Part shown: positions 6,338 through 15,064 of the stretch, one piece after another | Numbering within the stretch: the stretch's first letter is position 1 | Layout of the letters: each line of letters opens with the position of its first letter | From: an uncultured Woeseiaceae bacterium | Lineage (GTDB): Bacteria > Pseudomonadota > Gammaproteobacteria > Steroidobacterales > Woeseiaceae | Length of the DNA stretch: 46,061 bases | Reading direction: 5' to 3' | Assembly: GCA_964462665.1 (NCBI GenBank) | Contig: CAYWYT010000001.1 | Span: forward strand, 1 to 46,061 | Translations under genes and position numbers: made by a program | The notes under the pieces: model-generated | Databases searched by the model: none | What the model saw: only the letters and a program-made list of their open reading frames with translations | Told to the model about the DNA's origin: nothing

Positions 6338-7504
6338 TTATGCGACCGCCCGGTTTCGCTGGGAGTCCTGTAATGATTTGTCATAGACCTCGCGTGTCCG
6401 TCGAGCAATGTACGAGGCGCGCAATCGTTCTTCCGCGATCTCGCGCGAACGGGCCTCCATTACCTGGCGTAACTCACTGCTACCCAAAATCCGGGACATT
6501 CTCTCCCCCAAAGCGACTGCATCCTTTGCGGGCACGATAAAACCCGATGAACCATCTTCGACCAGATAGCGGATACCGCCGACGTCAGTACTAACCACCG
6601 GGACACCCGCCGCCATCGCTTGCAGAATTACCATGGGAGCAGTTTCGAGAATTGACGAGACTGCCATGAATTCACACTGGGCATATTCGTCGATCAATGA
6701 GGCGTCGTCGAGCTGCCCAAGGAACTTGACTGAATCGGTCATACCACTAGCTTCAATAAATCGGACGAGCTGCCCGGAGTAACCTTCTGGCTCGAGACCA
6801 GAAATGCCCTCGCCCGCCAGTCGCAACTGACAACCAGGGACGGTCTGTCGAGCTCGATCGAAGGCACGAAGCAACGTAATGATATCCTTTCGCGGGATCA
6901 GCCGACCAACATACAGTATGCGGCCAGGCGAAGGCTCGCGCTTCGCCGCGAAAAACGCGTCATTCACCGGGTTGTCCAGCTCAGTGGTGTCGCCTCGAAT
7001 ACTGCCTGTAAAAGTCTCAGTTACGAACGGGCTTATCGAAATCAAGTGCGTTGCGGCGGCCATCAGTCCGAATTCCTCTTGCCGCACCGTCCACTCCCTA
7101 TACCTATTAAGTAGTCCCGGGCGTAAGGCCATCTCGAAGTGACGAATGCCGTGCGCAGTCAATACCCAGGGCCGACCGGTCGCCCTTGCGGCGGCGGCGT
7201 ATTGGTTTGCGATGTGGGCATGAACGAGGTCGGGATTGAGCGAAGAAATAACCTCGCTCATTCGCTTGATATTTTGCCAATTTGAAAGACGGCTGGGTCG
7301 GGTACTTAGAGGAACGAAATGCACCGGCACGCCCGATTGCACTTCAACTCGCGCCGCGCCACCCCATCGGTCAAGAGTTACACCATGAATCTCGGTGTTG
7401 GGCATATTTTGCAAAGCAGATGCGAGATAGCTTGTCACCGCCTCTACCCCACCGCCAATTTCCTTGGCCTCGCGCGGGAAGTCTCCCACCATCACAATAC
7501 GCAT
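6338..7504 (-). CDS. GT4-family glycosyltransferase
   Basis: MRIVMVGDFP..GGGVEAVTSYLASAL at the N-terminus. The C-terminus has SILETAPMVILQAMAAGVPVVSTDVGGIRYLVEDGSSGFIV (GT-B/GT4 signature). The start was trimmed to ATG 7502-7504, which is preceded by AAGGTGGA. The track ORF extends to 7615. Confidence 0.85.
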   Translation of the reverse strand: MRIVMVGDFPREAKEIGGGVEAVTSYLASALQNMPNTEIHGVTLDRWGGAARVEVQSGVPVHFVPLSTRPSRLSNWQNIKRMSEVISSLNPDLVHAHIANQYAAAARATGRPWVLTAHGIRHFEMALRPGLLNRYREWTVRQEEFGLMAAATHLISISPFVTETFTGSIRGDTTELDNPVNDAFFAAKREPSPGRILYVGRLIPRKDIITLLRAFDRARQTVPGCQLRLAGEGISGLEPEGYSGQLVRFIEASGMTDSVKFLGQLDDASLIDEYAQCEFMAVSSILETAPMVILQAMAAGVPVVSTDVGGIRYLVEDGSSGFIVPAKDAVALGERMSRILGSSELRQVMEARSREIAEERLRASYIARRTREVYDKSLQDSQRNRAVA

Positions 7505-7553
7505 TAATCCACCTTCAACGACTGTCAGCGCAAACGAGAAACTTGCGTCTGTC

Positions 7554-7569
7554 TGGCGAAACAGTAGCA
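7554..7569 (+). promoter_or_regulatory. weaker sigma-54-like -24/-12 element
   Basis: TGGCGA-aacag-TAGCA with correct GG-N10-GC spacing (GG 7555-7556, GC 7567-7568), 50 nt upstream of ATG 7619. Confidence 0.2.
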
Positions 7570-7618
7570 TACAACTCGATTGAAACCGATGGGTGCGCCC
7601 GACACTGATTGACATCCG

Positions 7619-8770
7619 ATGAATCGAATATTACATATTACATGCGACTTTCGTGACGCGATTCGTCAAGACAAAACTGCCGCCGTTTCTCGGCTCATTA
7701 ACGAGACATCACAGTTTTCTCATACCGTACTGTCGCTAAATCGAACGATGAATCCTTTTAAGCACCAATCACGCCATTCAAGTAACGGCGTTCACTCGCT
7801 CTATTATTTCGGACTGCCCTTCGGCATATGTCTTCGGGCGTCATTGCAACTGGCCGCCCGTCGAATATTACGATACATAGAACAAAACGATCTTGGCGCC
7901 GATGTTATTCACTGTCACAAACTGACCTTTGAAGGCGTCATTGGGCGAGCTCTTTCACAGAAATTGCGAGTACCCTACGTACTGAGTTTTCGAGGCGATA
8001 CCGATTTCAAGTTACTGCGATTCAAGCCGACGTATGCCGGCCTGTATCGCGTCGTTCTTCGGGAATCGATGGCCGTTTTCTTTATTGCGCCGTGGTCAAT
8101 GCGAAAGTTAACTAAAATGTGGCCCGACGTTCTGCCCGAACGGAAAGTCCTCTTGCCCAATATTGTCGATCACGCAAAACCGGAAAATTCTGACCAACTT
8201 GTCACGCCAAACCACCTCGTTACTGTATTTCATCTCAAGGATTACCGAAGAAAGAATCTTAAACGGCTCTTTCTAGCCGTTGATCTACTCAACACGGAGG
8301 GAACAGGCGTTACGCTGGACGTCATCGGTGGTGGATCAACATCGACTATCTCCACAATCGAAAAGATGATAGCTGCATTGCAGTTTTCACAGAACATTCG
8401 ATTGCTTGGACACTTATCGAACCGAGAAGTCTCAGCGCGACTACCCAGTTATGCTGGTCTGGTACTGCCAAGTTCTCGCGAGACGTTCGGAATGGTCTAT
8501 CTTGAGGCACTTCAAGCCGGTATCCCATTCCTCCACAGTGAAAATGCGGGTGTCGATGGTTATTTCGACGATTTGGGCGTGTCTGTTTCCGTCGATCCGA
8601 AGTCGGCGCAGTCGATCGCAAATGGCATCCTTCAACTACTCAATGATCAATCTCAAATGCGATATAGCATAAAACAGCTTCACGAATCGGGTGGTTTTGA
8701 TCAGTTTAACACTGAGAATATTGTGCGAACCTATTCCGAAACGCTCGCGTCAGTACTGTCGGGCAGATGA
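7619..8770 (+). CDS. GT4-family glycosyltransferase
   Basis: GLVLPSSRETFGMVYLEALQAGIPFLHSENAGVDGYF carries the E-x7-E motif of retaining GT4 enzymes. Confidence 0.8.
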   Translation: MNRILHITCDFRDAIRQDKTAAVSRLINETSQFSHTVLSLNRTMNPFKHQSRHSSNGVHSLYYFGLPFGICLRASLQLAARRILRYIEQNDLGADVIHCHKLTFEGVIGRALSQKLRVPYVLSFRGDTDFKLLRFKPTYAGLYRVVLRESMAVFFIAPWSMRKLTKMWPDVLPERKVLLPNIVDHAKPENSDQLVTPNHLVTVFHLKDYRRKNLKRLFLAVDLLNTEGTGVTLDVIGGGSTSTISTIEKMIAALQFSQNIRLLGHLSNREVSARLPSYAGLVLPSSRETFGMVYLEALQAGIPFLHSENAGVDGYFDDLGVSVSVDPKSAQSIANGILQLLNDQSQMRYSIKQLHESGGFDQFNTENIVRTYSETLASVLSGR

Positions 8771-8774
8771 CACT

Positions 8775-10799
8775 GTGTTAAGCAGAATCAGACATAGATT
8801 ACGGGTACTTCGATATTTCCTGTCGCGGGGCAGCGATTACCACATTCGTTTCGTGCGGTATCGCTTCGCCAATTTATTGCAAAAATTCATTCGACGCGAC
8901 TACTCAGTAGACGTTTTGCCGAACGGCAGCTTTACTCCATCAACATTCTTTTTTGACCCCGACGATTTGAGCATGATCACTCGTCGGGCGACGCACGACA
9001 CCAAACGAACGACGATTACTGCTGCCAATCAATTATGCGAATTGCGCTTCACCTTTCGCGGCTCTGCGACTGTGCAATTCGAGGACTGTATCGACTGGGG
9101 GCTGGAGCCGGATGGCGTTACTGATTGGCGCTGGGATCTAAACAGACATGCGTGGTTCGAGACGCTAGGCTATGCGTGGCACTATAGCCACGAGGCCAAG
9201 TATGCAAAGGCCTTCGAATCCTCGCTATTGCATTGGCTACAAAACAATCCTGTCAGTCCGGAAATGCCGAACTGGTCGGCGCCATTCGAGGTCGCGTATC
9301 GAGTTAACAGCTGGACCTGGGCTTGGTTTCTGTTTCATGATTGCGAAGAAATCGCTGCTGAAACTTCCGATGTCCTACTGCGCGCGATAGGCGAGCACTG
9401 TAGTTACCTCGATGCCAATCTCGAAGTGCATGCTCGAAACAATCACCTTCTTTTGGAAGCCAAGGCCTTGCTCTTCGCAGCGATCGCGTTTCCGCAGTTT
9501 TCGGACGCGAAGCTTTGGAAACAACGGGCCGAACGCCTCCTTTTCGACGAAGTTCGGCAGCAGGTTTTAGAGGACGGCGTCCATGCTGAAATGTCCACAC
9601 ATTATCACCGTGTTATTGCGGGGGAGCTTCTCGAGCTTTTCATATTGTTACAAAGGAACGGAATAGCCATACCGACGGATGTCGAGCAGCGAATTCGTCT
9701 GATGGCTGAATTTGAACAGAACATTGTGCGTCCGGACGGACACCTTCCATTGTTTGGCGATTCGTCGCAGAACGACACCTACGCACGATTTCCTGCTGCC
9801 GCCGCAGCTCCTTATTGTTTTGCATCGGCTGACAATAATGCATCGGGCACGGTGCCCGAACTCGAGGAAGCCATCTTATGGCGCTTGCCACATGCAAAGC
9901 GCAGTGACTGCATTGTCCGTCCTGCTCAAAGTAAAGCTTTTCCTCTCGGCGGGTACTACATCATGCGAAATCAGGAGTCGGGTGAGCAAGCCAAGTACAT
10001 GGCGATCGATTGTGGCCCGTTTGGATTGCCTATCGATCCACACCACGGTCACGCAGACGCATTGTCTTTCGAATTGTACGCACTCGGCCGACCATGGCTT
10101 GTCGACTGCGGAGTATATTCCACGCACACGGACTGGGAGTGGCGCCAATATTTCCGTGGCACACGATCGCACAATACTGTGATGGTAGATGGCTTGGATC
10201 AGAGTCACCTCATTGATAGTCGACGAGCAGATTCTCTCGCCAAAGCGCGTTGCATTGAATGGAGCGCTACGCCTGATTCCGATGTGCAGCGATTCTCGGG
10301 CCGTCATGACGGCTACGCGCGACTTCCGAATTCAGTCATACATCGCCGCATGATTTGGTTCGTTCGAGACAGCTTCTGGGTGATCACAGATGTATTGGAG
10401 GGTACTGGCACGCATTCATTAGAACTGAATCTTCACAGCTTGCCGGACGTCGAAATAAAGGTAGTCGGTGACGGTGCCGCTATTCTCTCAGATGACACCC
10501 GTCGCCTGGTCATTGCCTTCGCCTCCAACACGGACTTGCAAGCAACAGTATTAAGTGGCGCGCTGGATCCTGTTCAGGGTTGGTATTCCGGCAATTCCGG
10601 CTCAAAGACCGCCGCACCAGCACTATGCCTCGCGGCTAATTCCTCCATGCCGGCAATCCTCTGCACGGTTATTGTCCCTGACGCAAACGGCACCCTTCGA
10701 CCGGCCGACATTCAAATAGAAATATCCGAAGAACAAAATGATACCGGCAGTGAAATTGCAGTTCGGGTCGGATCGCATCAAATCATGATGTCATTATAG
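8775..10799 (+). CDS. heparinase II/III-like (alginate-lyase-fold) protein with no signal peptide
   Basis: WDLNRHAWFETLGYAW.., NWSAPFEVAYRVNSWTWAW, NNHLLLEAKALLFAA, DGVHAEMSTHYH, PDGHLPLFGDS and HGHADALSFELY..GRPWLVDCG..YFRGTRSHNTVMVDG are typical of Hepar_II_III_N plus Hepar_II_III. The track ORF starts at 8691, overlapping the upstream gene by 80 nt. GTG 8775 (5 nt after the TGA) is my preferred start, but it is uncertain. Confidence 0.75.
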   Translation: MLSRIRHRLRVLRYFLSRGSDYHIRFVRYRFANLLQKFIRRDYSVDVLPNGSFTPSTFFFDPDDLSMITRRATHDTKRTTITAANQLCELRFTFRGSATVQFEDCIDWGLEPDGVTDWRWDLNRHAWFETLGYAWHYSHEAKYAKAFESSLLHWLQNNPVSPEMPNWSAPFEVAYRVNSWTWAWFLFHDCEEIAAETSDVLLRAIGEHCSYLDANLEVHARNNHLLLEAKALLFAAIAFPQFSDAKLWKQRAERLLFDEVRQQVLEDGVHAEMSTHYHRVIAGELLELFILLQRNGIAIPTDVEQRIRLMAEFEQNIVRPDGHLPLFGDSSQNDTYARFPAAAAAPYCFASADNNASGTVPELEEAILWRLPHAKRSDCIVRPAQSKAFPLGGYYIMRNQESGEQAKYMAIDCGPFGLPIDPHHGHADALSFELYALGRPWLVDCGVYSTHTDWEWRQYFRGTRSHNTVMVDGLDQSHLIDSRRADSLAKARCIEWSATPDSDVQRFSGRHDGYARLPNSVIHRRMIWFVRDSFWVITDVLEGTGTHSLELNLHSLPDVEIKVVGDGAAILSDDTRRLVIAFASNTDLQATVLSGALDPVQGWYSGNSGSKTAAPALCLAANSSMPAILCTVIVPDANGTLRPADIQIEISEEQNDTGSEIAVRVGSHQIMMSL

Positions 10800-12011
10800 A
10801 TTGGATTCATGACTCGAAAAAAGTTGCTCGTATGCGCCAATGAGTTTCGGTTCTTCATATTCCCAGGACAATTCGTCCACGACCCGACGATATCCGCACT
10901 CGCCCATTTGCGCACGTTTGTCTGGGTCGTCAATTAACTCAATGATTTTTCGGGCCATGTCTTCAAAATTATTTTCCTCTGCATAAAGTGACGCATCCTG
11001 TGCGGAAAAACGCCCCTCTGTCAGATTGAATTGCACGATCGGCTTTTTCAGCGCCATATACTCCATGATCTTGTTCATTGTCGACTTGTCGTTCATCTCG
11101 TTCGCTATATCCGGATTGACACAGACATCGGCCGTGTTCAGCATTTCAAGGAGTTCCTCATCTGGCACCCGACCGGTAAACGTCACGAAATCGTCAATCT
11201 CCAGTTCGACGGCCAACGCCTTGAGGCTTTTGAGCGAAGTTCCACCGCCAACCAATCCAAGATGTATGTCTCTCCGACCGAGGTCATGGATAATGAATCG
11301 AGCCGCACGCAGAAGATAGTCGATTCCTTCCTGGTCGCCCATTACTCCTACATAGCCGATCAGGAACTCACGTCCGTTTCGAAGCCGCGGATTCGCCGGT
11401 AGAATCCTTAGTCGGTCCAGCTTCGGCCCACTTCGCACAACATGTACTCTGCTTTCGGGCATACCGCCTCGTTCGATTGCGATCTTTTTGTAGGACTCAT
11501 TCGTTGCGATGGAAATATCGGCCATACGAAACGTCAGCCGCTCCAGAACCAGCATTAGCTTGTAATAAATATCGCGTCGCCCGAATTTAGCTTCGTATAA
11601 TTCCGGGTTGATGTCGTGGTGATCAAAAACGAATTTCTTGCGAAAAATCTTGAAAAATCCGCCCACAATGAAAATCAAATCAGGCGGATTACAGGCGTGG
11701 ATAACATCGAAGCCTCGAGTAAAGGCAACGCGTGTAGCCAACACGAACTGCCAGAACAAAGCCGCCGAGTATTCGACCAGATAACCTGCGGGACTCGACG
11801 CCTCGACTGGGAGCGGATGACGATAAATGTGCACGTCTTCAAGCACTTCGAATCGCTTTTCATATCCCTTGCCTGTAGGGCAAATGATCGTCACGTCATA
11901 ACCCGATTTCTGCAGCGTCGTCGCCTCTTGCCAGACGCGCCTGTCGAATGGAGACGGCAGGTTTTCAACAATAATCAAAATGCGCCTGCGAGTATTCGAC
12001 TTTTTGGCCAC
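10794..12011 (-). CDS. GT4-family glycosyltransferase (WbuB-like)
   Basis: RRILIIVENLPSPFDRRVWQEATTLQKSGYDVTIICP is typical of this GT4 subgroup. GTG start with a GGGAG SD 6 nt upstream. The C-terminal half has the usual GT-B nucleotide-sugar fold pattern. Confidence 0.8.
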   Translation of the reverse strand: MAKKSNTRRRILIIVENLPSPFDRRVWQEATTLQKSGYDVTIICPTGKGYEKRFEVLEDVHIYRHPLPVEASSPAGYLVEYSAALFWQFVLATRVAFTRGFDVIHACNPPDLIFIVGGFFKIFRKKFVFDHHDINPELYEAKFGRRDIYYKLMLVLERLTFRMADISIATNESYKKIAIERGGMPESRVHVVRSGPKLDRLRILPANPRLRNGREFLIGYVGVMGDQEGIDYLLRAARFIIHDLGRRDIHLGLVGGGTSLKSLKALAVELEIDDFVTFTGRVPDEELLEMLNTADVCVNPDIANEMNDKSTMNKIMEYMALKKPIVQFNLTEGRFSAQDASLYAEENNFEDMARKIIELIDDPDKRAQMGECGYRRVVDELSWEYEEPKLIGAYEQLFSSHESNL

Positions 12012-12241
12012 GCTGCTCCCGGAGAATTATGTTGCCGAAAAATTGACAGGCGAGTATAGCAGCCCACCAACTCTCAACAAGACTCGTTTTTAGTGACTAT
12101 CGCCAGGCACAATCGTCGACCTCGATCGGAAAAATCCTGTCGCTATTTCGATCGATACCGCTTTGGAAAATTACGCGTCTTATAATCTCTATTGCATACC
12201 TGGTCGATCTGCTTAACCGGACGATCGCCAGCGTAACTGGA

Positions 12242-12673
12242 TTATGGTGTCTGCAATTCCAACTTACGCTTTCCCAAAATTCGCAATAAGGTATTTCTTC
12301 CGAAGCGGAGAATTGGATACATGAACCGAGCGACGCCCGGCGATCGAAACATCAATGCGTTTAGACGGTTGAAGGCGCCTGATGGCGAACTCAGCAACGC
12401 CAACATATGCAGGCAATCGGCGCCGTGATAGAAGCGACCACCATAGATGAGCACCATACCTTCGTCTAAATCCAGGGTTTCAGAGACGACCCGATCAACG
12501 ATGGCGCCGCCATCGCGAGCGTCGACCAACTCTATGTGGCCAATTGACTCCTGAAGTCGAACAAAACGGACATAGGCATTACAGACCGGGCACTCACCAT
12601 CGTATATCAGATAGTTTTCCCCGCTTCCTTCAATAGGATCTACTTCTTTGTCGTCCGTCAAATGATCACTCAA
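12242..12673 (-). CDS. DCC-family (DUF393) thiol-disulfide oxidoreductase
   Basis: LIYDGECPVCNAYVRF is the family-defining YDGxCxxC motif. The TTG start overlaps the upstream TGA (TTGA, 12670-12673). Confidence 0.7.
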   Translation of the reverse strand: MSDHLTDDKEVDPIEGSGENYLIYDGECPVCNAYVRFVRLQESIGHIELVDARDGGAIVDRVVSETLDLDEGMVLIYGGRFYHGADCLHMLALLSSPSGAFNRLNALMFRSPGVARFMYPILRFGRNTLLRILGKRKLELQTP

Positions 12674-13623
12674 GCTGAGCTACTCGTTTTTTGCGATAAA
12701 TCCGGGACTCTGTGGTTTGCGAGCCAGGCGAAGACCGCCGCCCATGGAACGTAAATCATGTACAACACTATCCACTGTGGAAATGGAGCGCGAAGCGTTA
12801 CATAGATGATGATGTGAAATGACAGGCCAAGCGGCAAATAGATCCACTTCAGTCTAGGGAAAAACAGTATCAGGAAAAACGTAGCCTGAAAAATCAACAC
12901 AATGACTTCGGAGAATTTCAGAAAATTGTGGAATTGGGAAACGTACAGCGCCAGGTCACTGTCATTTTTATACGCTTCAAGAATCATGTAGTACTGCAGC
13001 GAAATCCCGTTCGCCCATTCAAGGCCACCTCGGGTCAACTTTGAGACGACCGCTGACAAATACATCAAGGGGTAGAACAACTGCAGAAACAGAATGGGCC
13101 AGCCAGAATATTTATCCTTTACATCCAGCAGAATTTTCGATTCACCTACGGCACCGTTTCGCCGCCTTTTCAACCAGCTGTCCAAGCTCATGACCCGGCC
13201 GCTCGGACTTATTGCGAGCGAGATCAATGCCAACATCATGATCGCTTCCGGATGATGAATATCGCCGAACGAATACGTAAACGCCTGAATAACAATATTA
13301 AACAGCGCAAACAAAGCCAGACTGACATTGGTAAACAGTCCGACAAGCGATAGCAAGCCAAGCAAAAACGTGATCCAAAACAGACCAATCATAGTTGACG
13401 CATCGGGTAGTACTGGCCCTCCGAACGGTAGGGCAAGTATCTTCAAGACTAGCTGGGGCTCGTAGAGATAATCTGGAAGACTCAGCACATAAGTTAGCGC
13501 TGGAAAATTGTAGCTAAGCAGCAAATAGCACTGCAAAGCCACCAATACAACACGGAGCAACGCCAGATCAAAACACGCAGCCGGCCTGAACCAAAATTTT
13601 GCCCACCCATCGAGGGTTTTCAT
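12670..13623 (-). CDS. HTTM-domain polytopic membrane protein (vitamin K-dependent gamma-carboxylase-like)
   Basis: WAKFWFRPAACFDLALLRVVLV at the N-terminus, then ..YSFGDIHHPEAIMMLALISLAISPSGRVMSLDSW.. and ..YLSAVVSKLTRGGLEWANG.. follow the HTTM pattern (P.d..sLa.fR ... NH.yl..ll ... SlD.w ... Y..aG..Kl...W..G). About 8 hydrophobic helices. Confidence 0.65.
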   Translation of the reverse strand: MKTLDGWAKFWFRPAACFDLALLRVVLVALQCYLLLSYNFPALTYVLSLPDYLYEPQLVLKILALPFGGPVLPDASTMIGLFWITFLLGLLSLVGLFTNVSLALFALFNIVIQAFTYSFGDIHHPEAIMMLALISLAISPSGRVMSLDSWLKRRRNGAVGESKILLDVKDKYSGWPILFLQLFYPLMYLSAVVSKLTRGGLEWANGISLQYYMILEAYKNDSDLALYVSQFHNFLKFSEVIVLIFQATFFLILFFPRLKWIYLPLGLSFHIIIYVTLRAPFPQWIVLYMIYVPWAAVFAWLANHRVPDLSQKTSSSA

Positions 13624-14090
13624 TTCAGAGAACCTGACTTAGACAGTGGAATTATCGCGAGCACCTGTGACTCCTGTTCTATTGGACCGTCTCGTGTCAC
13701 TGCAATTGGAAAACTCATGATTCTGATTTCCTGCAGCTTTTGACCCGCTGGTACGAAAGTGGCAACAAATTCGATCGCGTCTCGGTTACCGTTCTCCAGA
13801 TCACGCCCCAGATCCCGATATTGCCAAAGGTGCATTCCAACAACATCCATACTCAGTTCAACTTTCTCGCCATTCTCCGTAACGCCGTCGAGAATTCGAT
13901 AAATTTCAACCGTATCGCCATCTTCAAAGGAACGGCTATACATTGCGTAGTTCACGATTGGCCAGAATCGGGTACCGATTTCCAGACCGAATACAGGTCC
14001 TAGAGAAACAACCATCTGAAGAATTAATACGAAACCGACGAATATGGAAACCAAAACTCGGTATGCAGCGGCGGCGTCAATCGGCATCAC
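13620..14090 (-). CDS. hypothetical N-terminally anchored protein (no recognisable family)
   Basis: One N-terminal TM helix (YRVLVSIFVGFVLILQMVVSL), then ~120 soluble residues. The start (GTG 14090 or ATG 14087) overlaps the upstream stop, and its own stop overlaps the HTTM ATG (ATGA). Confidence 0.6.
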   Translation of the reverse strand: MMPIDAAAAYRVLVSIFVGFVLILQMVVSLGPVFGLEIGTRFWPIVNYAMYSRSFEDGDTVEIYRILDGVTENGEKVELSMDVVGMHLWQYRDLGRDLENGNRDAIEFVATFVPAGQKLQEIRIMSFPIAVTRDGPIEQESQVLAIIPLSKSGSLK

Positions 14091-15064
14091 TCGGAGTCAC
14101 TGGTTGGCGCATTAGCTTCCGACGCTGCAGAAACTATTTCTGCAACGGTATATTCTTTTATGCGACCTGCATGGGTGAATATTATCAACTCACCAATCAG
14201 GCCAAGTGCAAATACTTGCACGCCAAGAACCAGTAGCAATGATCCCAGCAAAAGGGCCGGTCGGTCTGCAAGCCCAACATCAAAGAACAGACGTTGCGAC
14301 ACCAGGATAAGCACAACTAAAGCGCCGAGTGCGGACACGACCATACCTACCATGCCAAAGAATCTAAGAGGCTTCTTGGTGAATCGCACGAGGAAAAACA
14401 CCGTGATGATGTCCAAAACTCGATGAAAGTACTCGCGCAGCCGATACCTGCCAGAGAAATCATCTTTGGGCGACTGTGCGACGTCGACCTCGACAACGTT
14501 GAAGCCCTGCCTGCTGGCAAGTACGGGGAAGAATCGGTGCAAGTCGCCATAGAGGTGGATCTCCTCAACGAGACGCCTACTAAATAGCCTCACGCCGCAA
14601 CCGAGGTCGTTGTACGCTTCGCCGCTAAGGCACTTCAACAAGTAGTGAAAGGTTTTCCGGCGCAAGGACTCAAAAAGACCGCCAGCCCGCGGCCAGCGTC
14701 GAGCGATAACAAGATCACAGGTGTCATAAGCTCGAAAAACCTGGCCAATAGATTCCGGTTCAATCTGGTGATACGCGGGAAGCGTCAGGATTGCATCACC
14801 CTGCGCCTCGTCGAATCCTGCGGATAGAACCGTAGACTCACCGAAGTACTTGGCTAACTGAATGGTTTTGAAACTTGTATCCCTCGTTCGCAGATCATCC
14901 AATTGCTCAACGACTGCATCATTGCCACCGTCCAAGACGAAAATCGTCTCATAGGTTCTGCCGGTTTCGTCGAGCGCAGTTTTGTAACCGCTATAAAGAT
15001 CTTCCAGATTGTCAACGCGCTGCAGGACTGGTATTACCACCGATATTTGTATCGCGTCACTCAT
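14087..15064 (-). CDS. GT2-family polyprenyl-phosphate glycosyltransferase paralogue with a degenerate DXD motif
   Basis: Colinear with its upstream neighbour, including the two C-terminal TM helices. However FVDDGSKD becomes FVLDGGND, and VTMDGDLQNDP becomes LTLPAYHQIEP. Confidence 0.75.
   Translation of the reverse strand: MSDAIQISVVIPVLQRVDNLEDLYSGYKTALDETGRTYETIFVLDGGNDAVVEQLDDLRTRDTSFKTIQLAKYFGESTVLSAGFDEAQGDAILTLPAYHQIEPESIGQVFRAYDTCDLVIARRWPRAGGLFESLRRKTFHYLLKCLSGEAYNDLGCGVRLFSRRLVEEIHLYGDLHRFFPVLASRQGFNVVEVDVAQSPKDDFSGRYRLREYFHRVLDIITVFFLVRFTKKPLRFFGMVGMVVSALGALVVLILVSQRLFFDVGLADRPALLLGSLLLVLGVQVFALGLIGELIIFTHAGRIKEYTVAEIVSAASEANAPTSDSE

Noticed and set aside
12043-12186. TTGACA (12043-12048) and TATAAT (12181-12186) hexamers on the + strand
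   Set aside because: They are 130 bp apart, neither has a correctly spaced partner hexamer, and there is no + strand gene downstream because both neighbours are on the - strand.
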